In this document: piece by piece, positions 52,388 to 63,100 of the stretch | Numbering within the stretch: position 1 is the first letter of the stretch | Layout: each line of letters begins with the position of its first letter | DNA from: Podarcis tiliguerta | Lineage: Eukaryota | Length of the DNA stretch: 64,000 nt | Direction: 5' to 3' (one strand) | Assembly (NCBI GenBank): GCA_965153285.1 | Contig: OZ229113.1 | Position numbers and translations under genes: made by a program | Notes under the pieces: generated by a model | Told to the model about the DNA's origin: nothing | Databases searched by the model: none | The model's input: the letters and a program-made list of their open reading frames with translations, nothing else

Positions 52388-52539
52388 ACTGAATACCATT
52401 TGCAAGTAGGCAGTTTGCTGTTGCACTCAGCTCCTGCTTATGGGCTTCTCACAGGTATCTGGTTGGCCTCTGGGAGAATAGGATGCTGGACTAGATGAGC
52501 CATTGGCCTGACTCAGGCCTTTTGTTCTTATGTTCTTAT
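52388..52539 (+). mobile_element. CR1 3' UTR
   Basis: GGATGCTGGACTAGATG and TTCTTATG-type octamer tail. Confidence 0.85.
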
Positions 52540-53404
52540 TGTTAGCATATTGATGTTCTGTTCCACTTAACAGACGTGTGGAATTGTTGTATGTCACATG
52601 TCTGTTCACACTCCAGCACAGCTTGCTGGGAACTTCCATTGTGTGTATAGCTATTGCTTTTGCTGCTTGCTCTTGGACACGAAGGGAGAAGACATGTTTT
52701 TCCTTTGTCTTGATATACACTGAATAAACTGCCTGTAAAATGCTCTCACAGCCGTCTCCTGCTACTTCTGTCTGTGCAGTGTTATTTACTCTGCTGATTA
52801 GAGCGTGCTCCAGCTTCTGAAGGCTTATGAAGCTCCAGGTCGCTGTTTCATGCTGAGCCAAGGACCCGAGATCGCCTGGCTACCGGCCGGTGGGCTGCAG
52901 CCAGCTGCGGCTTGCAAATTGCCCCCATTTCCTTAGAAGCAGCCCAACACTTATCTTATCCAGTTAGAAGGCTGGCAAGGCTTTTCACATTATTTATCAT
53001 GATATCTCCACTGGTTATCCTTAATGGTATGTATGATGTACTGGATGCTGAGGGTATAATAGCTGAAGAGGCTAATGGTAGTGGTGGAGGCAACCCCTAT
53101 TATGACTTGGACTGATATTCAGAGGAAAATGGGCTTGGCTTATAATGGGATGAAGTTTTCCAAAACGGGGAAGTTTTCATTCTCCCTATCCTAGCATTAA
53201 CAACAGATTATCAAATACCAAAGTTTGCCTCAGTATGGTAATTATTTAACTCCTTTCATTTTCGTAGCATTGTAAAAGGCGCATTATTTAATTACATTAG
53301 CAATAGTGTGGTAAATGTGTATAAAACCTCTACAGCTTGGGCAAAACATTTCTACTGGAGAAGATTTGATGGAATGATGCAAATATTTATTAGCCATGAA
53401 AGCA

Positions 53405-53595
53405 AAAATGAGCTTCCATGATCAAAGGCAGTATACATCACTAGGAAACACTGGGGACAAACAACAAAGGAAGGCCATCTCTTTAATGTCCTCCTTTTGT
53501 GCACACAAAGATGTCTTCTTTACTGGCTGGCCACTACTGGAAAGTGAAAGTGTTCTACATGGTGTGATCCATGAAGGCAATTCTGATGTTCATTG
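53405..53595 (+). mobile_element. old CR1 3' UTR remnant
   Basis: Degenerate homologue of 52388-52539 and 35400-35530. Confidence 0.5.
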
Positions 53596-54083
53596 ATATG
53601 GAACTCTGTTCACTTCTTCCAGACAGGAACATTCTGAATATCCTTTACAGTAAATGACAGAGTCAGCTTCATGCAGAACTTGTCACCAGTCAACTAGATG
53701 AGCTTCAGAGTTAAGTGCAGCAAGTGGAAGAGATGAATTTCAAAAACAGCTTGGGTAAAACACATTTGCAGTGCTTTCCCCACAAATGTTCCAGCTCTTA
53801 TGTACACAACATTTATTTTGAAGTGCAAATATATCATCCACAGTGAAGCATAAAGCAACACATGGTGAGGCAGGACCCAGTCTTCCCCAATGCAATGCAA
53901 TGAAATAATATTAAACAAGCAATCTGAAATGATTATGCAGACAAAATTTTGAATGTAGTGTCAGTGAGATACTTGCAGTCCTTGTGCATATGGGCAAATG
54001 ATGAAAATACAAAGCCACCTGGGATCATAAGTAGACAATTTTTTCAGTGTTATTTGCTACATAGAAGCAGATCATGTGCAATA

Positions 54084-54308
54084 CAGTGGTACCTTGGGTT
54101 AAGAACTTAATTCGTTCTGGAGGTCCATTCTTAACCTGAAACTGTTCTTAACATGAGGTACCACTTTAGCTAATGGGGCCTCCTGCGGCCGCTGCACTGC
54201 CGCTGCACGATTTCTGTTCTCATCCTGAAGCAAATTCTTAACCCGAGGTATGATTTCTGGGTTAGCGGCGTCTGTAACCGGAAGCGTCTGTAACCCGAGG
54301 GACCACTG
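54084..54308 (+). mobile_element. pogo/Tigger-type MITE, family A
   Basis: TIRs, TA TSD, collinear with 7819-8044. Confidence 0.95.
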
Positions 54309-55188
54309 TAATGTACTTTTTCTTGAATGAACTGGATTAGGTGTCGGTTCCAAATTTCATTTTAACACACACACACAATTGTCAGGATTTTAGTTTTAAC
54401 ATTTTGACTTGATCTTCCTTTAGGGGTTTTCAGCCTTTCTTCTTAGTTTCCTGGAAACTAAATATAGTCAAGAAGTCGAGAAGTGCATTCCAATGTCCAG
54501 ATGTATTACAAGTGTGGGTCACAAGCTCTCTAGAAAGTAGCAGTACTTTACATTCAGTAATGCAGGGATTTGGAACCTTTGGCCCTTCAGATGGCAGTTG
54601 GATTCAATCTTTGCTCAGCCCCAGCTATCATGGGCAACACAGGAATGGTGTCATGTGTTTGATCTTGGGAGTAAGAAGCAAATCATATATAGGCAAGAAC
54701 AGCCAGTGTGCTGGGGTGGAACTGTCTCCTGGCACCAGCACTGTTGCAACTTACTTGGAAGGGGCTGGAACAGGATAAAGTGATGGTGAGGTTGGGGCTG
54801 TGCAGATGTTCAGCAGGAGCACCATATTGTCTCTGACAGTGCATCCATGAAGCCCAACCTTGTCACCAGCCTGCCCCAGCCCCTGCAGTGATGTTGGTGT
54901 GGGCACTACCAAACTGGCCACTACTAAATTTATCAATGAGAAAGTCTGGTATGAATTTAGTATAAACGGAAAAGTAACTGGGTGTTCAGATATTCCACAA
55001 AGTTGGTGTAATCGAGGACAATGCCTGGTCAAAAATCCCGCAGTTGAAGGGTCTTTCCACACTTATCATTTATAGCAGAATGGTTGCTGTTTGGTCCAAC
55101 ATTTTTAACAATCAATTTGTAGGTGATTATCTGCACCTTTGGTTACATGTCACTGTTTAGAGAGTGAGTGCTGGGTTGTCCTTTCCAC

Positions 55189-55260
55189 CAGTGTTTTTGT
55201 TTTATGGCGGTACTCAAGGGTACACAGTACCGACACCTTTTTTCTAGAAGAAAAGAACTG
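55189..55260. mobile_element. 72-bp hAT-type mini element
   Basis: CAGTGTTTTT / AAAAGAACTG ends; perfect 8-bp TSD CTTTCCAC at 55181-55188 and 55261-55268. Confidence 0.8.
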
Positions 55261-55838
55261 CTTTCCACACTAATGGTGGGTTTGCTCTAACTGAGAGAAG
55301 TCCAATGACTTTTACACACCCTCATGTTCCTCCAGCCAGTAAATTTCAGAGTCATGAGATAACCCTTTTGCAGCTTTTAAGATGTTATTTAATGCCTAGT
55401 ATTCCAGAATTATAATCTGGTAGGTGTATAGGAGTATAGGAACTACATGTCTGCCTGAGCTATGGTAAAACTGGTTATGATGATTATATTTTGTCTGAAG
55501 CCAATGATTGCTGTCATGGGCTGTACTTCAGCTCATTACCATTGTCTCTATCTGGCATATCTCTCTTCTGAACTGAGTTGACAAACTGACAGCTTGGACT
55601 GATCAAAGGGATGTGGTATAATACAAATGTCTCCCAAAACCATAGTCAGCATCTCCCACCTGCTCCACACAGAAAGCAAAATGTTGCTTCAATACATGCA
55701 GCACAAGTGAAAACATTGAGGATCCAGTCTGGATTTTTCGCAGAAATTAGATTTCTTAGAATTAGAAAATGCATGTTTTCTTAGTAGACCCCCCCTCGAA
55801 TACTAGCTTAATAATGATGATGTCAAATCACAGCATGA

Positions 55839-55889
<51 letters not shown>

Positions 55890-55890
55890 T
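55839..55890. repeat. (AAT)n microsatellite
   Basis: About 16 units. Confidence 0.97.
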
Positions 55891-55984
55891 GGAGTAGCTA
55901 TGCCACTATTACTGGTAAGTGTGGAAAGGCCACAGGAGAAGAAAAATGCCTTTCAGTTTAACAGAATTTCCCCAAAGCATGGGA

Positions 55985-56221
55985 CCCAAACCAAATTATA
56001 AGAAAGGAGATTCCCACTAAGCATTAGGAAGAACTTTCTGACTCTAAGAGTTGTTTGATAGTGAAATGGACTACCTCAGAAGGTAGTGGACTCTCCTTCA
56101 TTTGAGGTTTTTAAACAGAGGTTGGATGGCCATCTATCAGGGATTCTTTAGCTGTGATTCCTGCATTGCAGAGGGTCGATCTACATAACCCTTCCAATCC
56201 TACAGTTCTATGATTCTATGA
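55985..56221 (+). mobile_element. CR1 LINE 3' end
   Basis: [27 protein letters not shown] plus TTCTATGATTCTATG tail. Confidence 0.92.
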
Positions 56222-57139
56222 AATCTTAAGGCTTCCAATGTACCTACATAAGCAGTAAAGAAGGAAAGAGGGAGTAGTCTCACTGTGCTCGCTTACAACA
56301 TAAGTTCTCTGCAGCCTTTTTTGGTGGGGTGTGTGGAAGGGACAGATGCTCTTTCCGCACACCCCCTCCCCCAATAACCTATGCTGTCATCTTAAATATA
56401 TATATATTCAACAGCTGAGAAGGGATGTGATTTATTCATCGGATACGAATGCAGAAAGAGCCTGATTTAAGATCTGATTTCTTTCCAAAGAGGCAAGCAA
56501 TCTATTTCAAAGAGCACATAATTCTATCAGCATTCTTTGCAAAGTTATATCAAAAGGCAGTGGGTGGATGAAACAAATAGATGGAAAACAAGACAACAGA
56601 CAAATGAACAATGGAGATCTGAGCAGCTACAGATATAGGGTCAATCACTTAAAGTGCACCAGGTTTGTTCTTCTGCAAATGTTGTGTTATTCTAAACACA
56701 GAAATAAAAATATTTCTTTTTCCCAATAACTCCCCCCCCCCTCAATCTGGATGACACTTCTGCAAAATGTCTGCTTTTCTGGGATAATTGCACTGCCTTT
56801 GCAATTATCCCAGCAGAACTCTGTGCATCAGGTTCACATCACACAGTGAGGACCAAATGGCACCCCTATGCAATTATGCAATTATGTGAGTGTACTGAAG
56901 CATATTATTATGGGGACTCTGGTAGAGTACCATTCATTCTCACTGAAGGAGTTCCCCCCCTTCATTGGGCATGTAATTTATGCTGTGGTTCTTTGTATTG
57001 TAATATTCTATGTGTGAAATGAAGTCCCATTGTCTTCAGAGGGGTTTATCCCTTGGTAAGTGTGTTTAGGATTGTGCTCCTAATCTATTTTTAGCTACAC
57101 TAAGCCTGCAGCCCTAAACACACTTTCTAGGACATTGAT

Positions 57140-57265
57140 TGGAAACTTGTTGCTCTCCAGATGTCATTGGACTCCAAACTGCCATCAACTCCAGCTGGCA
57201 TGGTCAATGGACAGGGATGATGGGACTTTGGAATCCAGTAACATCTGGAAGTCCTATAGGTTTCT
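57140..57265. mobile_element. short palindromic hAT-like MITE
   Basis: Arms TCCAGATGT..TGGACTCCAAA / TTTGGAATCCA..ACATCTGGA. Confidence 0.7.
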
Positions 57266-57700
57266 TGTCTCTCTTTAATGGAGCATGATACTGAAGCCTC
57301 ATTGTGATTTCCTTCTAACTAGACACCCATAGATTGTGGGGCATACTTCTCAGTGAAAATGCAGAAGATTGGGTTGAAAATCTGACTATCAGTTGCACTA
57401 AAATCAATGGCACTATAACCCCAAATTCTAAACACATTTATTTGAAAGTTGATCAATCTCATTATGAAGTAAATCACTTATATCTGATGCATTTATGTCT
57501 ACCTAAGTAACAAATCTGGCTTAGTATCAGTGCAAATTTTACAATGTAAATATAAACAGAGATGAATAACCAATCGGGAAATTATCCAGCATAATCCCAT
57601 AATTATATGCCCTGTACACAAATTATTCACACTGTCATTAACCAGTGAGAAATCAGGGTTCAGACAGATAAAACATTCCCTCATGTAGCAAGTTAATTGA

Positions 57701-57875
57701 CAGGACAATTCTATACATGCCTATTAAAAAGTAAGCTCCATTGAGTTCAACAGGGTTTACTCTCAGGTGAATAGGTATAGGATTATAGAATTAGAGAACA
57801 ATGGTTAATTGGGAACATCGTACTGAATTTAGAGGGACGTCCTCCCAGGCAACTCTGGTTAGGATTACAGCCTTA
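57701..57875. mobile_element. two adjacent about 90-bp palindromic repeat elements
   Basis: CAATTCTATAC..AAGTAAGCTCCATTGAGTTCAA..TTACTC..GTATAGGATT followed by a second copy ending TAGGATTACAGCCTTA. Confidence 0.7.
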
Positions 57876-58710
57876 ATTATAAGCTGTATCTTCCCTATAT
57901 AAATAAATCTTGTATTATATTACTACTATTATGATACACTTCAATGTGAGCTGGAAAGATGTTCCTTAGTGTCATTGATTCATATTGTTTTTCTGAACAC
58001 TTGCACTACTTTACTGTACTTATCAAAACATTCTGGCATTCATAGGGATACTGGCTTTCATAAATGAAAATATTGTGCTTTGGGATTTTCTAAATTCTGA
58101 AGCACAATATTTGTCATTTTTATCTAGCAAAAATAGATTACAGTGTGTAATTGGTCCTATTACCTATGTCTGCTGATGCAAATGTAAATCCCATATTTCA
58201 TTTCCAATGAATTTTTAATAGGGAAAATAGTAGCTTAAATTTAATATTTGTAATAGTGTAGAGTAAGCTTTAGAATTCAGATGAGTGTGAGCTATACCTA
58301 TATTATATTAATTTTATTAGTGCCGCATTAGAAATTCAGAGTATTTGTGCAAAGGAAGATAAAAGCTATGTGAATGTTTCTGCCTCTGCCATAAACACTT
58401 CTAGCTCTTTGATGCAAAAATCAATTGCCTTAGATACAGCAATGTTGACTGCTCACATAAAGCTTGCATTTTCTTAGCATATGTGATAACTCTTCCTCAT
58501 ATTTTTTTTGTTTTTTTTACTCAAATAGTGATGTATATGATATACATCTTAGGGTGACCTGTGACCAAGTCATCTGTGACTGTGACCAGGTGACCTGGGT
58601 CTTCAGCATTCATACTGATTTGTTTGCAAGAAGGTTAGATGACACTACATCAAAGCGTGATCCAATTTTCCCCACTCTGTTTCCCCATCACTTTCCTTAT
58701 CACAAAAGTA

Positions 58711-58974
58711 CAGTGGTACCTCTGGTTACGTACTTAATTCGTTCCGGAGGTCCGTTCTTAGCCTGAAACTGTTTAGCTAATGGGGCCTCCTGCTGCCGCC
58801 GCGCTGACAGAGCACAATTTCTGTTCTCATCCTGAGGCAAAGTTCTTAACCTGAGGTACTATTTCTGGGTTAGTGGAGGAAAAGTTCTTAACCTGAGGTA
58901 CTATTTCTGGGTTAGCGGAGTCTGTAACCTGAAGCGTATGTAACCTGAAATGAATGTAACCCAAGGTACCACTG
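58711..58974 (+). mobile_element. pogo/Tigger-type MITE, family A, with internal duplication
   Basis: TIRs, TA TSD; AAAGTTCTTAACCTGAGGTACTATTTCTGGGTTAG present twice. Confidence 0.95.
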
Positions 58975-59184
58975 TATAATATTTGGGGGAAGCAGGTTTG
59001 TTGTGCAGAAGCTCTAAAGCAGCTTAAAGTACGCAACCTGAATTAGTTTATTATGATCAATGACCGGTATCAGCCTGAAATTGTTGGTAAGCGATTGAAT
59101 CCCACTGTCAAATTGCAAAAGACTGGAAATGTCCTAAATCTAGGAATGGGAAGAAGGCAGAATTCACAAGTCCATGTGAAAAAC

Positions 59185-59400
59185 GCTTTAAATCCACTTC
59201 CTCCATGCCATGCATAATTATGTAAACCTCTAACATGTCGCCTCTTGCTTGCCTTGTCTCTAAACTAAAATGTCCCAAATGCTGCAACCTTTCTTCACTG
59301 ATGAGTCGCTTCATACCCTTGATCACTTGGGTTGCTCTTCTAGGAACCTTTTCCAGCTCTACAATATCCTTACTTAGGTGATGTGACCAGAACTGTTCAT
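59185..59400 (-). mobile_element. CR1 ORF2 fragment
   Basis: QFWSHHLSKDIVELEKVPRRATQVIKG..EERLQHLGHFSLETRQARGDMLEVY. Confidence 0.93.
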
Positions 59401-60129
59401 AGGCCTTATCACAGCATGAACTATGTCTGATGAGCAGTGTGCCCTGGGGAAAAGAGTTGTGGCCTGGGGAGGTGAATTGCCTGGGAAAAGTCCCAGAGCC
59501 CAGGTAGATGTCTAGAGATCCACATTTAGTCTGAGCTCCACCCATCCACCCCTGGTGTATAGAGATAGCAGATAAACTGATGTCTTAATAATATGAAGTA
59601 GTGGGCAAACATGTTTACAACAGGTTTAAATATCAATAAGAAGTATAATTTTAAGGTCAATAAATTTGTTCTATTCTCTTGTTTAGAGGGTAAGATTCCA
59701 AGAATGAATAATTGCTAGTGCCTTAAATGCCACTGCCTTAAATGGCATATCTCACATCTTGTTATAAATGCAGTATGTGGATAATTGATGTTGAAAGCTC
59801 CAAGGCATTACAAAGTAATTATAATGAATAATTATTTAAACTATCTGAAATGGAAGAGTCTGATATAGATCTTGAAGGAAGTAATTAATAAAGACATACA
59901 AAAGCACCAAGCTTATAGACAGAAATTTTATGATGGCAGTCAGCTCTAAAGATGCAGCGGAAATTATTATAAAACAATGGGAAGAAGCAAAACCCCTATT
60001 TAAGAATTATTTAAATCATGAAAACTATATTCTGCTTTCAAAAAAATTAATGTAAGTCCTAAGTGCACATCAATTTGTTCTTAGGTCAGAAAAGCCAGTG
60101 CTTTCAATAAGTGTTTGGTGGCCTTCTCA

Positions 60130-63100
60130 TTTTTTTTTTTTATAAATTTTTTTATTGCGTTTCTTTCCATAATTTTATAGGTTTATAAACAAATAAAGTA
60201 GTTACAAGAAACAAATTTTCTCTTTTTTTTAACAACAAAAACAAAAAAAAAAAAAAAAAAACTTGGACTTCCCCACCCCTTCCGATTCTGCGTTCTTTGC
60301 ATTAACAATGTCAGCATTTTGTTACCTTATTTCATACCTTGTTGTAACTTTCGAATGTTATGTATCCAAATACAATATATTATATCTCAATTTCAATACC
60401 TTTAAAATAAACATAACATATTCAATTTAAATTGTCTCCTTTTCTCTTTTGTCACTAATTTTACCATTTACTTAATCATATTCGCAGAAGCTTAACGTTT
60501 CCTAATCATGCACTTTCTTAGGATTCATACAGCTTATAATATTTTTTCAGATAATCTTTAAATTTTCCCCAGTCCTCCTCAATTGTTTCTTTATCCAAAT
60601 CTCGGATTCTGCCGGTCAGTTCAGCTATCTCCATGTAGTCCATCAACTGCGTCTGCCAGTCCTCCAGCGTGGGCAAATCTTGTGTCTTCCAACTCTTTGC
60701 AATGAGTATTCTTGCTGCTGTGCTAGCGTACATAAACAAAGTTCTATCTTTCTTTGACATTTTCTGGTCCACCATGCCCAACAGGAAGGCCTCAGGTTTC
60801 TTAGGAAAGGTATACCTAAATACCTTTTTCAATTCATTATAAATCATTTCCCAAAAGGCCTTCACTTTTGGGCAGGTCCACCAGAGATGGAAGAAAGTCC
60901 CCTCTGCTTCCTTACACTTCCAACATTTGTTGTCAGACAGGTGATGCATCTTGGCTAGCCTGACTGGGGTCATGTACCACCGGTATATCATTTTCATAAT
61001 GTTTTCCTTCAAGGCAGTAGATGCCGTGAATTTCATTCCGGTGTTCCATAACCTTTCCCAGTCTTCAAACATAATGTTATGTCCAACATCCTGTGCCCAT
61101 TTTATCATAGCAGATTTAACTGTCTCATCCTGTGTGTTCCACATAAGCAGCAAGTTATACATTCTAGATAAAATCTTGGTCTTTGGTTCTAACAATTCTG
61201 TCTCTAGTTTCGATTTCCCCTCCTGGAAACCAACCTTTTTATCCATTTTAAAAACCTCTTGAATTTGAGCATAATGTAACCAATCTCGCACCTTGTTTTT
61301 TAATTTGTCCTGGCTCTGCAACTTCCAACCGTCTCCAATTTTTTCAATTAATTCCCAATATTTCGGCCAATAGGCCTCCATATTGGTTCTTTTTCGAGCT
61401 TTGGCCTCCACCGGTGATAGCCACCTCGGTGTTTTACTCTCTAATAAGTCTTTATATTTCATCCAGACTGCAAAAATCGCTTTTCTGACAATATGGCTTT
61501 TAAACAATTTGTGAACTTTAACCTTGTCATACCATAAATATGCATGCCAACCAAATGCATTATCAAAACCTTCCAGATCTAGGACATCGGTGTTTTCTAG
61601 CAAAAACCAATCTTTCAGCCAGCAGAAGGCTGCAGCTTCATAGTACAACCTCAAATCCGGCAGGGCAAATCCCCCTCTTTCTTTTGAGTCAGTTAATATT
61701 TTATACTTTATTCGGGGCTTTTTTCCCTGCCAGACAAACTTAGATATATCCTTCTGCCATTTTCCAAAACATTCCTCTCTGTCCACGATCTGTAGGGTTT
61801 GAAACAAGAATAACATTTTCGGCAATACATTCATTTTAATTGCTGCAATCCTTCCCAACAAGGAAAGTTTCAATCTTGACCAAATTTCTAAATCCTTCTT
61901 TACTTCCAACCAGCATTTTTCATAATTGTCCTTAAATAAATTCAAATTTTTGGAAGACAAATAGATCCCTAGGTATTTCACTTTCTTTACCACATTTAAT
62001 TCTGTTTCTCTCTGAAACCCCTCTGTTTCTGTAAGTGTCAAATTCTTGGTCAAAACCTTGGTTTTTTGTTTGTTCAACTTAAACCCCGCCACCCGACCAA
62101 ACTCAGATATAAGTTCAAGAACTCTTTTTGTACTGGATTCTGGCTCCTGCAATGTCAAAACTAGGTCATCTGCAAAAGCTTTAAGTTTATATTGTTTCAC
62201 TCCGACCTCTATCCCTTGTACCAGCCGGTCCTCCCTTATCATGTTCAATAGCACCTCCAGGACTGAAATGAATAAAAGAGGGGATAGAGGGCACCCTTGT
62301 CGTGTCCCTTTTTCAATTTTGAACTCCTCCGTCACCACATTGTTCACTATTAATTTGGCCTTTTGCTCTGAATAAATTGCTCGTAACCCATTTTCAAACC
62401 CCCGCCCCACTCCCATCCCTTCCAAGTTTTTCTTCATGAACATCCAAGATATATTGTCAAATGCTTTCTCCGCATCAACAAAAATTAACACCGCCCTTGT
62501 GTTCCTGTTAGTTTGTAAAAGTTCCAAGATATCGATGATGTTTCTGGTATTCTCATATAAATGTCTACCAGGGAGAAAGCCTGCTTGGTCTTTGTGAATT
62601 ACTTCAATTAAAACTTTTTTAAGTCTACTTGCCAAAATGTCTGCAAATATTTTGTAATCCACATTCAGAAGTGAGATGGGGCGGTAGTTCTTGAGTTGAG
62701 TCTTTTCAGTTTCTATCTTAGGTATCAATGTGATGAACGCTTCTTTCCACGTTTCTGGTGCCCTCTTCCCATCCATGATCTGGTTGCATACCTCCAACAA
62801 GGGTTGTGTTAAATAGTCTTTCAAAGTCTTGTAGTATTTGGAGGTAAGCCCATCCGGGCCTGGAGATTTGCCTAGTTGCATGTTCTGAATGGCACTTTCA
62901 ATTTCCTGGGTGGTTATTGTAGAGTTCAAGATTGATCTTTTATCTTGAGTTATTTTTGATAGTCCATTTGTCTTTAAAAAATGATCTATCTCTGATTCTT
63001 TCTGAGGCCCCTGTGCATAAAGTTCTTTAAAATATCTGTGGAAGCACTTCCTAATTTCCTCTGGTTTCTGCACCGTTCTTCCTTCAATCTCTAGATTTGT

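Noticed and set aside
52427-52861. 144-aa minus ORF
   Set aside because: TTG start, runs into a CR1 3' UTR, no convincing splice acceptor or recognisable domain
53030-53120. Possible C/D-box snoRNA (ATGATGT...CTGA)
   Set aside because: Imperfect C box, no clear terminal stem, no recognisable guide sequence
8114-58183. About ten perfect octamer (ATGCAAAT) sites across the window
   Set aside because: AT richness and TG/CA excess from CpG decay could explain the count; needs a background model I cannot run
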